64,000 nt of DNA from Eledone cirrhosa (taxonomy: Eukaryota), in NCBI GenBank assembly GCA_964016885.1, contig OZ024743.1:53320001-53384000 (forward strand), given 5' to 3'. How positions within the stretch are numbered: the stretch's first letter is position 1; every line of letters begins with the position of its first letter. Position numbers and translations under genes: made by a program. The notes under the pieces are model-generated. The model did no database searches, had not been told where the DNA came from, and worked only from the letters and a program-made list of their open reading frames with translations. Below, piece by piece: positions 54,285 to 64,000 of the stretch.

Positions 54285-57200
54285 TGAATAAGGAATAACG
54301 TGTTTCATTAGTCTGGTGTGTCTAAAAATCGCTGTTCGTAATTTAATTACACTCAATTTTAATTACAGTTGATACCCGACCAAATCTTCGGAATACTGAT
54401 CTGTGTGCATGATACAGTGCACAAATATTTATAGAAACATGAAAAATAACAAGAATAAAATCAATAATAATAAGAAGAGGGAAGGTGAACTGAGGAGGGG
54501 GATACTGGGATACAGGCATGAAAACAGTAATAATAATAACATGGAAAAAAAAGTGATATGAAAAGATGATACGATAAAGAAGATAATATAAAAAGGTTAA
54601 GGTAACTTGACAGTATAATAAAATGGGATGACATGAGACGAAAGGATAATGGCAACAGTCAAATAAAGTGGGGTGGGATGAATTAAATAGATGAAACAGC
54701 GAAATATAAAATAAAAAGATAATGATAACAGATGGGTAATTAGAATTGGGGTATTTTGAAAAGTAATATCTTAATGGAGGTGAAGATTGATGGTAACGTT
54801 TGCTATGTAGGGTGCTGTTTGTGAGAGGGTGTTTCTATAAAGAAGAAATACTTAATCGCTGAGGGAGTGTCGGTTGTTCTTGCGTCCGATTAGTCAAAAG
54901 TTCATTATTTCGCTTACTATTGGTAGGTGTAGGAAGCGTTCGCCCGTATGTTGTTAACCGTTAATCATGGTAAGGAGGTGTGAAAGTGGTTCGCTGACGC
55001 CAGTATTGTAGACGTTTTAAATATAGGGAGTTGCATTGTTTATATGGATAATGAGGTTGCTGGATCGAATCTTGTTCAACTCGGTTTGTAATTAGAAAAT
55101 TTACTAGCGGCTTTGTGCCTACAGAAAATTGTCCGCTCGATTTTGCTGTTAAGTAGCGTTTTATTATATTAGAGAATATGGAGTCATTCTGTATTGCAAA
55201 ATCTGCATTGGGACATCCCGTTCATGTAGGCTTTGGCATTTGATAATTTTGACCAGCTAATTTCATATCTTTGACTATTGTCTTTAAGCTGCCAGATTTT
55301 ATTGGCCAGCGTTGTTGTGTTACTGAGTTTCCGGTTATAGAGCACCGATGCACATACCGTTGTTTTTTTAAGTCACCAGCCGTAGAACCTATGTAATACC
55401 ACGCCAGGTTGCCAGACTTAATAGTGCACAGGTATACCATACTGGACTCCAGGCATCTATTCCGTAGTGGGCATTTATCTGGCAGGTGGCAGTTACATTT
55501 GGTGGCCTTCCTATGTGCAGGTTCCTCGTTATAGTTCGATGTGTGGTTTGAGATAAGCTGGGATACTGGTCTGTTGGTGTTTTGTTGTGACATATACTGA
55601 CGGACGGCTGGTTGTGATGCTGTTATGCGGTTGCGTATTGTACTTGATGTTGCGGTGTAGGTTAATGGAGAACAGTTTTTAGAGATTCTCCTGGAGTTAA
55701 GTTTATGTGGGATTCGATGTTCGCTGCGGTAGAATAAGAGAGCTTGATAGTTTTTCTATTGAGGATTCGATGGTATTTGTGTGATTTAGGGAAGTGCTTA
55801 TCGATTAAATTAGATAATATAGAAGGTAGGTTGGTCCTTATAGAGGAGTTGAAAATTGGATTGAACCACAAATACTTCCTAATTCTGGATTTCTTGGAGT
55901 TTCCGGAGGTTCCTATGCTAATATTCGGTTCAACTATTTTATGTCTAGTCCTATATTTGTTATTCCTATTAAGGCGGGTGGCATAATTGTTGCTCAGTTT
56001 GTATTTGTTGTTGTCGTCGCTATCATGTATGCATTTGAGCTCCTCCTTGTGGCCGGCTTTACCTAAAGCTATGTTATAGTAGTTTGCGTGTTCCTTAAAT
56101 ATTACTAGATAAGAGGACAGGCGGGATATTCTAAGGGATATACTATGCGCTATTGATTTAATTACGGGGCGAGGATGGCTGGAGTTATAACTAATGTAGG
56201 CTAGATTTTCGTTATTTTTATGGAAAGGCTCAATTAGTCTCGTGTTTAAGTTAAGTGTTACATCTAGGAATTTTGCTTTTTTTAAAATTTGGCTCGAAAG
56301 TAATATAGAGGCCTAGTCTATTGAAGAAAACCCCAATGTTTTTCCGTAACCTTTCCATGCTTTGATTGTTGATGTTTTTAGCTAAAAGGAGCATATCGTT
56401 TCTATAACCTCCTTGGAGGTTACTGAATTCCTTATATATGTTATGGGCTATATATATCCCTACTATGTCCGTGACTTGTGCTGAGTCTCTAAACCCAATA
56501 GTAATGTCAAAGCTATTTTGTCTATCCCGTCGCTCCCAGTAATTATTTTCGAATCTAATGAGAGTTCTCCTAGCAGCTAGTATTATTCTAATTTCATAGT
56601 TAGGTCTGAGTTTTTCCGGGCAAAATCAAGTGCCTTATTTAGGGTGACTGGAGAAATGGATCAGTTAATGTCAAATTGTATGAAGTTGGATGTTTCCTTA
56701 TTGTCTATTTTGTTAAATCATTCGATTGCCTTGCTAGTACGACCCTATAGTTTAATTTCTAGTTTGTCTTTGATCTGGGCTATTACCCTATCTAGTATAT
56801 GTTTGCTAATTCTACCTATATCTGATTTTGATGGGCATATCAGTCTAATTTTAGAGTCCGTTTCGAAATTATTTTTGTGATTTTTTATGTTAAATGTGGG
56901 GCTACATGGGGCTGAAGGCTCCGTCCTATCAGTAAGTTTCAGTTTTTTCACAATATTAAGTCTCCATTGTTAATGTCCTCGAATGAAGCTTCAGTAGTTT
57001 TCCTGTATTTTTTCTGCAGTTCCCGGCGTATAAAGTTGTTGTATGTGTCCAGGCTCATGGTGTATACGTTCGATGTTTTGTCCACTTTAACTATAAGTCC
57101 ATCAGTATTGCGTAATTTTTTCAACAGTGCATTGATGTCGTTCTGCAGTTTGTTGTGACCATTGCGTTTTTTTAACTTAGTTCCACTTATCATGTTCATG

Positions 57201-57812
57201 AGACCGAGTTCAAAAGCGTCAAGTTGGGGGTTACTTAGTGGGTTTTTGCAGGATTTAAATCTGTATTTCTCTTTAGTGTTTCCCTCAATATCATGTGTGT
57301 GTCCTTTGTCGTAATGATAGGCTTTCCATCGGATTTGACGGATGAAGTCATTAGTGCGCTGTATCATGCCGGGTGTTGTATAATTTCTGTTTGTAGATAT
57401 AAGTATGTTTTTTAATGACATGCCTATGTGGTGGTTTTCCATGTTAGTGCTGGGCGTTAAGGTTGTTACTCAACCTGGTGGGAGCTAAGTATATAAGTTA
57501 ACTAGATATCGTTTAAGGTAATCCAAGTAGAGGTTATGAGTACTCTGTATCGAGGATAGTTTTAACGTTCGGCGTTGTTTGACTCAACAAAAAGTTTACT
57601 TAATTGTGGTATTCGGGTGGTCGATTCAAGACAGTTCCTAGGTAAGCGGTTCTTGGAGTAAATCAGAGAAGAATAACGTGGATCGGCTGTACAATAGGGT
57701 TTATTCAAAATATTAACAAATGTTTTATTAGTCTAGTGTGTCTAAAAACTGCTGTTCATAAAAGGCTACGTCATTCGATTTTAATTACAGGTGATACCCG
57801 GCCAAATCAATA
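54285..57812 (-). mobile_element. Penelope-like element (Neptune type), near full length, decayed, with pLTRs at 54285-54410 and 57700-57812
   Basis: FIRQIRWKA, VDKTSNVY, RLICPSKSDIG, GYRNDML, FLDVTL, WFNPIF, CNC..CPL..RCL, MVY..YYIG; diverged direct repeats at both ends contain hammerhead remnants. Confidence 0.9.
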
Positions 57813-58230
57813 TTCTGAAGATTTTTGTGTTTGTGAATATTCCCGAATTTGAAGATTTCTTATGTACTTGTTTTTTTTGTTTTATTTTGTCTTTCCCATA
57901 CCCCCCCCCCCCCCCCCCCCATTCAGGAATATTAAAAAAACACAAGAAATGAAGAATTCTGACGCAATAAACAAACATCAATCAGATACCGGAGAATTCC
58001 AAACGCACAATTAACTTCAACACTGTGAAAGCCGCTAAACAATATCTCCTGATTCTCCAGCAGTCCCCTAAAATGAAAACACTCATAAAAAACTCACAAC
58101 TAGATCTACAAAACCAAGTTGTAAAATCATAATATTATACAATTAAATTAAATTGTTTAGAACTACAACTGAAGTCATTCCTTTCCTTTTTTTAAAATAT
58201 ACCTAAATATACCATTTCACACATTTTCCA

Positions 58231-58266
<36 letters not shown>

Positions 58267-58485
58267 CGAGGGGTTGCTGAATAGTTCTTGGGTTTGGGTA
58301 AATAAAATACAGGAGCATCAGTTAATTATGATTTTATTCAACATGTTCCCCTCTCAGATTCACACACTCATTGCAGCGGTCCTCCAGTTTTTCTAAGTGC
58401 TGTAAAAAAGAACAGTCGGAAGGTTGGGCCTCCTACCAGGTCTCTGTAGCAGCGATCAAGCCAGTAACTTTTCAACACCCCTTCG
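58267..58485. mobile_element. mariner-derived MITE
   Basis: TIRs CGAGGGGTTGCTGAATAGTT / AACTTTTCAACACCCCTTCG, TA flanks. Confidence 0.8.
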
Positions 58486-58516
<31 letters not shown>

Positions 58517-58520
58517 ATGA

Positions 58521-58556
<36 letters not shown>

Positions 58557-58598
58557 AGAAAGAGAGAGATAGGGGAGAAAGAGGGTGAGTGAGTGAGA

Positions 58599-58630
<32 letters not shown>

Positions 58631-58887
58631 TTTACATCAGGATGAAAGTATTTTATCTGTGACATATCAACATACCAAAATATTATTGAACATTGCACTA
58701 ACACGTGTACCATTATCGTAATTGTTAGACACAATATGTGACAAGGCCCATTAAATTACAAGTACAATCCATCTAACGGGCTTTCACATAGTTTTCGTCT
58801 AGCTAATTTCACTCACAAAGCCTGGGTCAATTCAAGTCTATGGTGATTGACACTTCCTAGGATCGAACCCGGTTCCTAATATATATG

Positions 58888-59318
58888 TACCTTCCAGTCT
58901 CAAATAAATAGGGGGTGGGTGGACAAGTGGGGGGAGGGATAAACGGGAGAGTTGGAATTAGCGGGGAAGTTGAAAAATCTGTAAATTCTTTAAGTTGTCA
59001 CCCTTGATTAAAAAAAAACCCCAGAATTAGTCGTTTAGTTTACATATTGAGACCCCAACCCATCCTATTTATTTTATAATGTATGGTATTTCTAGTAATG
59101 TACTTCTTTTGTTATGTATAATGTTTTTTTAATGTATAAAGAAAATTAATTATTGCAGGAATGCTACCACAAAAAATAAAATTTCGCCGGAGATAGATTA
59201 GTAAAATTTAATAAGCAGGGGTGGGGTGGAATAAAAGTGTGTGTGTGGTGGTGATGGTGGGTGGTTCTGGAAAAGTAATAAGCGGCGGTGGGGGACAATT
59301 ATGCGAGACCCAAGAGTA
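58888..59318 (+). mobile_element. Non-autonomous DNA transposon (MITE), copy 1
   Basis: Termini TACCTTCCAGTCTCAAATAAAT / ATTATGCGAGACCCAAGAGTA; internal blocks are inverted at 59638-60012. Confidence 0.65.
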
Positions 59319-59637
59319 TATGCATGTGTATTTCCATTATATGAATTATTTACAATGAAGAGTTTAACATTCAGTAAATCTCTTGATATCTCTTGATATC
59401 AGAGTGATGATGAAATATCACGTCAATCTCGCCCTTCGTGGAGGCCGTATGTAGGTCATTGATACAGTCCTTTCCTTCAGACCTTAACAAAATATGTATA
59501 TTAAAAGAACACAACAAAAAACAAACAAAAGAACGCTCAACGAAACAAAATCCCATAAATTTATAAACCAAATCACGGGAGAGGACTGTGTAATGTAATT
59601 GTCTCCCTTTAGTTTAGAATTGAAAAATATATTTCAC

Positions 59638-60012
59638 ATATTCTTGGTTCTCGAATAATGAGCCCCCCCCCCCTTATTCATTTATTTTTAATTTTTCCAC
59701 TACCCTCGCAATTATTCCAACCCCACCGCTTATTAGGTGTTTTGCTAATCTATCTCCGGCGTGGTAGTCTTCCTGCGACAATTAATTTTCTTTAGACATT
59801 AAAAAGCATACATGAAAAAAAAAACGTTCATTACTGAAGAAATACTATACGTTATAAAATAAAAAGGATGTAAACTAAACGACTAATTCTGGTTTTTAAC
59901 GAAGGAGACAACCTAGAAAAATTACCGCCCCCACCCACCTTATTCCAATTCCTCTGCTTATTCCAACCCCTCTGCTTAATCCACCCCCACTATTATTTGT
60001 GACTCGAGAGTA
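59638..60012 (-). mobile_element. Non-autonomous DNA transposon (MITE), copy 2, inverted
   Basis: e.g. TGTAAACTAAACGACTAATTC is the reverse complement of GAATTAGTCGTTTAGTTTACA; CTAATCTATCTCCGGC of GCCGGAGATAGATTAG. Confidence 0.65.
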
Positions 60013-60595
60013 TATATTTCCTCACTGTGGCGACAGAGTCCCACGGTGGTTGTTTCGGTACAGTGCGCTTGAGTTCAAATCACGCCGCGGCCAACTTTAC
60101 TTTTCATTCTTTTGTGGTCGATAAATAAAGTAGTGATTTAGTATTATGGCTGGTTCTCCCTCTTTCCTTGAAGGTAATCGGTTATTCTCCAATATGAAAA
60201 GGGTCGGTTCCACCCGGATTAAAATACCAAAGACACCCGCCTACAACTCCATCGCTAGTTAACAGCCCTTTTATGTTTATTTTTCTTTTCTTATTGATTT
60301 TAATTGTCACATTGCTGAATTGTTAGGTCACTCTACCACAAACACACACACACACACACACATACACACACACACACACGGATGCACACACACACACACA
60401 CACATACACACACGCACACACACACACGGACGCACACACACGCGCACATACACACGCACACATACACGCACACACACACACGCACGCACGCACACAACGA
60501 ATGTAACAATTATATTCTCCCTCTTTCTCTCTCTGTTTCCCTTTCTCCCTCCCTTTCTCTTTCGTCCAAGTCTTGTACCTCTTGACTGTATCTTG

Positions 60596-60892
60596 CCGAG
60601 GTTAACTTTGCCTTTCATCCTTATGGGGTCGATAAAATAAAGTACCAGTAATACACTGGGTATTTGCTGGCCTTGTGCCAAAAGTAGAGACAATTATATT
60701 ATCGCGGTGGATTGGCAATATCGGTAGAGAGTCGGACGCCATGCTTTCCAGTATAGTTATGTCCCTTTACGGTCTGAGTTCAAATCCCGCCGAGGTTAAC
60801 TTTGCCTTTCATCCTTACGGGGTCGATAAAATAAAGTACCAGTAATGTACTGGGTAATTGCTGGCCTTGTGCCAATAGCAGAAACAATTATA
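60596..60892 (+). mobile_element. Two tandem family A SINEs (5'-truncated + full length)
   Basis: 60596-60700 and 60704-60892 match 37001-37175. Confidence 0.88.
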
Positions 60893-60934
60893 TTATCACT
60901 CGTGAAGCACACAGTTCCTTCTTCTTTTGTTAAG

Positions 60935-60980
<46 letters not shown>

Positions 60981-61159
60981 GGTGTTGGATAATCTGCTTC
61001 GTAGAATCAAGACGCATCTGAGGACCTTGCGATTTTCTGAGTGAGGTTCGATCATCAGATCGATCGTGCCTCAAGCTGGTCGCCAGAGAAACGATTGTAA
61101 TATGTCCAATAAATTCCATTCGTCGCAACTCCCATTCTCTTTTTTCTGTGATATATACA

Positions 61160-61272
<113 letters not shown>

Positions 61273-61289
61273 TGTGTGTGTTTATGTTG

Positions 61290-61800
61290 TTGTGAAGTAG
61301 TTGCAGACGAGTTCGGTCTACACCTGCTATCTTGTCGGCATATCGCTAGTCGGTTTCCTAGACACGCCACACTGAACTACATAATCAGAAGGAGCCTCAA
61401 CGGGGCCGACTTCCCGTCACATTGGATCCAGTTGACCTTGATTCTGACAGTGGTAAACACCCATACAGGATAACTCTTTTCCCATCGAGGCAGGTAAATC
61501 CCTAATCTGTGACGCCACGTGCTGCAACATGTTCTCCACCCGCCACCCCCACCCTCAACCTTGTCGTTTCGGCCACATTCAATGCAAAGGAGAGGAAAAT
61601 AACCAAATATCGGGGCTTGACCAGCCATTTTTGTTTCGCGACGTTTACCGCCGAGACCTCAGGTGTCTTCGGTCCCTGAGCTGCCCTTTTCCTCCCTAAA
61701 ATTAGTAAGACAACGTTTCATCTGAGGAATGAGTCCCATGCGGTGGGGTGGCTGTCGTAGCGTGTATTTTGGTCATTTTCCGTGGAAATGCTTTCGTTAT
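61290..61800 (+). mobile_element. CRE-like non-LTR retrotransposon, decayed RLE domain
   Basis: [11 protein letters not shown]....[14 protein letters not shown], then GKHP..ITLFP..GKSLICDAT across frameshifts. Confidence 0.7.
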
Positions 61801-61959
61801 TTTGTACGTGGTGCGTAGCTAAACACACCACTGAGACTGGGGTGTAGGGTCTGTCGGTCCTTCTTCCTTTCCCTTTCTTCCGTTGAATAATTTAATTTTT
61901 CTTTTTCGTTTCTGTGGGATAGTGTGGTGGTGTGGAGGAGGTGACCAGAATCTGGGGAC

Positions 61960-62131
61960 GATCGACCGGAGGCGGATGAGGAAGTGACGCGAGATGCGTA
62001 CCCTGTGTGCCCTTTTTCGGGACTGTGACCCTTGACGAACGGACGTGTGACCGGGAGCTGCAACCAACGAACGGATATACCCACGTGAATGAGGCGAGTT
62101 CGCTGAGTGAACTAACAGAATTGCGGTAAGT
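61960..62131 (+). promoter_or_regulatory. Candidate CpG-rich promoter / non-coding first exon
   Basis: Locally GC/CpG-rich unique sequence with GGAAGTGACG (ETS-like) at 61980 and a donor G|GTAAGT at 62126. Confidence 0.3.
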
Positions 62132-62174
62132 GCAGTAGCTTTCACATTACAGTTTCTACATTTCCATTTCTGTG

Positions 62175-62490
62175 AAGGCACGTGGCTTTGTGGTTAGGAT
62201 ATTCGGCTTACAACCGTTAGTTCTATCCCCGGCAGCGCGTTGTGTCCTTGAGCAAGACACTTTATTATACGTTGCTACAGTCCATTCAACTGGCAAAAAT
62301 GAGTTGTACTTGTAAAACGAAGGGCCAGCCTTATGACATTCTGTGTCACGCTGAATCTCCTTGGGAACTACGTTAAGGGTACGCGTGTCTGTGGAATACT
62401 CAGCCACTTGCACGTTAATTTTACAAGCAGGCTGTTCCGTTGATCGGATCAACTGGAACATTCGTCGTCGTAACCGACGGAGTGTCACTT
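62175..62490 (+). mobile_element. tRNA-derived SINE (family B head, longer body)
   Basis: GTGGCTTTGTGGTTAGG head, CCTTGAGCAAGACACTTTA body. Confidence 0.8.
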
Positions 62491-62715
62491 TCAGTTATTT
62501 TCATTTGTATACTCTATTACATACGGGAAACAACTCATTAATGTAGCTCTGCTTTGTTAAGAGTTGCTTCCCTGTAGCAACTACTTTTGTTACTAGTCAT
62601 GATCAAGTTGATCTTATTGAAATCAGCTAAGGTCGTGTATAACATTTGGTCATGCAAAGTTTAGACGTGGTCTAGTAGTTAGGGTGTTGAACTCTCGATT
62701 ATAAGGTCGTGGGGT

Positions 62716-62744
<29 letters not shown>

Positions 62745-62748
<4 letters not shown>

Positions 62749-62936
62749 AACGAGTAGGACCCCGACGGATGAGCTCAAGCCGTTTCGACGGCTAATTATG
62801 AACTAAATTAGCCGTCGAAATGGCTTGAGCTCAGCCGTCGGGGTCCTACTCGTTCCTATTACCCACTCTACTACCCTAAGTATTGAGTACTTTGGTGCGT
62901 TATGGTCCATCTGGTTCCTTACCACGTTTCCTTCGT

Positions 62937-62939
<3 letters not shown>
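62745..62939 (+). mobile_element. Fold-back half-hammerhead element, copy 4
   Basis: Same architecture; (TA)n flanks. Confidence 0.8.
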
Positions 62940-62974
<35 letters not shown>

Positions 62975-62979
<5 letters not shown>

Positions 62980-63159
62980 ATGTATGACCCCGACGGCAGA
63001 GCTCAAGCCGTTTCGACGACTATTTCTCCAGAAATAGCCGTCGAAACGGCTTGAGCTCTGCCGTCGAGGCCATACATTTTCCTATTACCCACTCTGAGTA
63101 CTCTGAGTACTCTGGTGCGTTATGGTCCATCTGGTTCCTTACCACAACCCCTTCGTTAT
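62975..63159 (+). mobile_element. Fold-back half-hammerhead element, copy 5 (subfamily B)
   Basis: Same architecture; tandem to copy 4 across a (TA)n run. Confidence 0.8.
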
Positions 63160-63454
63160 ATATTTATATATAACATAATTTATCCGTTCAAAATGACCAT
63201 CTCGTTTCGCTCAGTGGAGCTGTTCATCGTTCTGAGGTGTTACTCATAAACATATGTATGTATGTGTGACTGTGAGTGTGTGCGTGAAAATTTGCGCGTA
63301 TATACTTAGGCTTATGTTTCTGCCTATGTCTGTGTTTATGTCTCGTAACATAGCCGTTCATCAAAAAAGATCGGCATAGAAAAGTATCTTCTTTGATACA
63401 TTGGATATCAAAAAAACTATATATACTATAGTGGTTAAAATGACTCAGGTAAGA

Positions 63455-63650
63455 ATCGCCAGACACATTTTACGGCCAAAATCCGCTGGCAGGAGACCCA
63501 GGGGTAAACCCCGAGCAAGATGGCTGGATAACATTCATGAGATTGGCTGGTCTTGTCTGGAGATTAGATCGTTGCTTCTGACAGGACCCGCTGGAAGGGG
63601 TGTTTGAGGACTCTGTCCTCAACAACCCTTCCAGGAATAAGGGGGCGAAG
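63455..63650 (+). mobile_element. RTE-type LINE 3' end with (GAA)n tail
   Basis: GRRPRGKPRARWLDNI; related minus-strand fragment at ~2400-2650. Confidence 0.7.
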
Positions 63651-63784
63651 AAGAAGAAGAAGAAGAAGAAGAAGAAGAAGAAGAAGAAGAAGAAGAAGAA
63701 GAAGAAGAAGAAGAAGAAGAAGAAGAAGAAGAAGAAGAAGAAGAAGAAGAAGAAGAAGAAGAAGAAGATGATGATGACGATGAC

Positions 63785-63832
<48 letters not shown>

Positions 63833-63845
63833 GAAGAAGAAGAAG
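63647..63845. repeat. (GAA)n(GAT)n trinucleotide microsatellite
   Basis: Direct inspection. Confidence 0.97.
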
Positions 63846-64000
63846 GGTGAGGAGGAAAACGACGACGGCAACCACAACAACAATAACAACAACTACAGTG
63901 ATAACTTACTAGAATCGCAGCAACTCGTACAGTGCCATCAACGTTGTCAACAACAGCAATAACACCGACTGTCACTATCACCTCGCCCTCCTTGATGGCA

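Noticed and set aside
54290-54415. Functional hammerheads in the pLTRs of the 54-58 kb element
   Set aside because: Cores are mutated (CCGAAGA; the 57.7-kb copy lacks GAAA and is truncated) and stem I does not pair; recorded as remnants only.

Overview
AT-rich, microsatellite-saturated eukaryotic (animal) DNA. The repeat landscape (RTE LINEs with (GAT)n tails, abundant tRNA-derived SINEs, Neptune-type Penelope elements, long (TA)n/(TATG)n runs) resembles a cephalopod genome such as octopus; this is inference. There are no prokaryotic features, and most ORFs in the track are microsatellite artefacts. The window contains: (1) the 3' five coding exons of a + strand leucine-rich-repeat gene with an LRRcap (4.5-17.6 kb); (2) an 11-kb stack of R4/Dong-like RLE retrotransposons, an RTE LINE and a 0.6-kb non-autonomous RTE derivative, with (TATG)n at the junctions (19-30 kb); (3) a 22/34-bp satellite; (4) a dense field of Penelope-like elements (33-58 kb) in which I can fold eight type I hammerhead ribozymes by eye (six distinct sequences), some canonical and some with core variants; (5) a DD37D-like Tc1/mariner element, MITEs and a CRE-like fragment. 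The most unusual signal is a ~190-bp (TA)n-embedded family in five copies. Each carries only the 3' half of a hammerhead and has apparently been folded back on itself at stem II, and both arms of each copy share private mutations. All RNA folds and alignments were done manually, and repeat boundaries are approximate.
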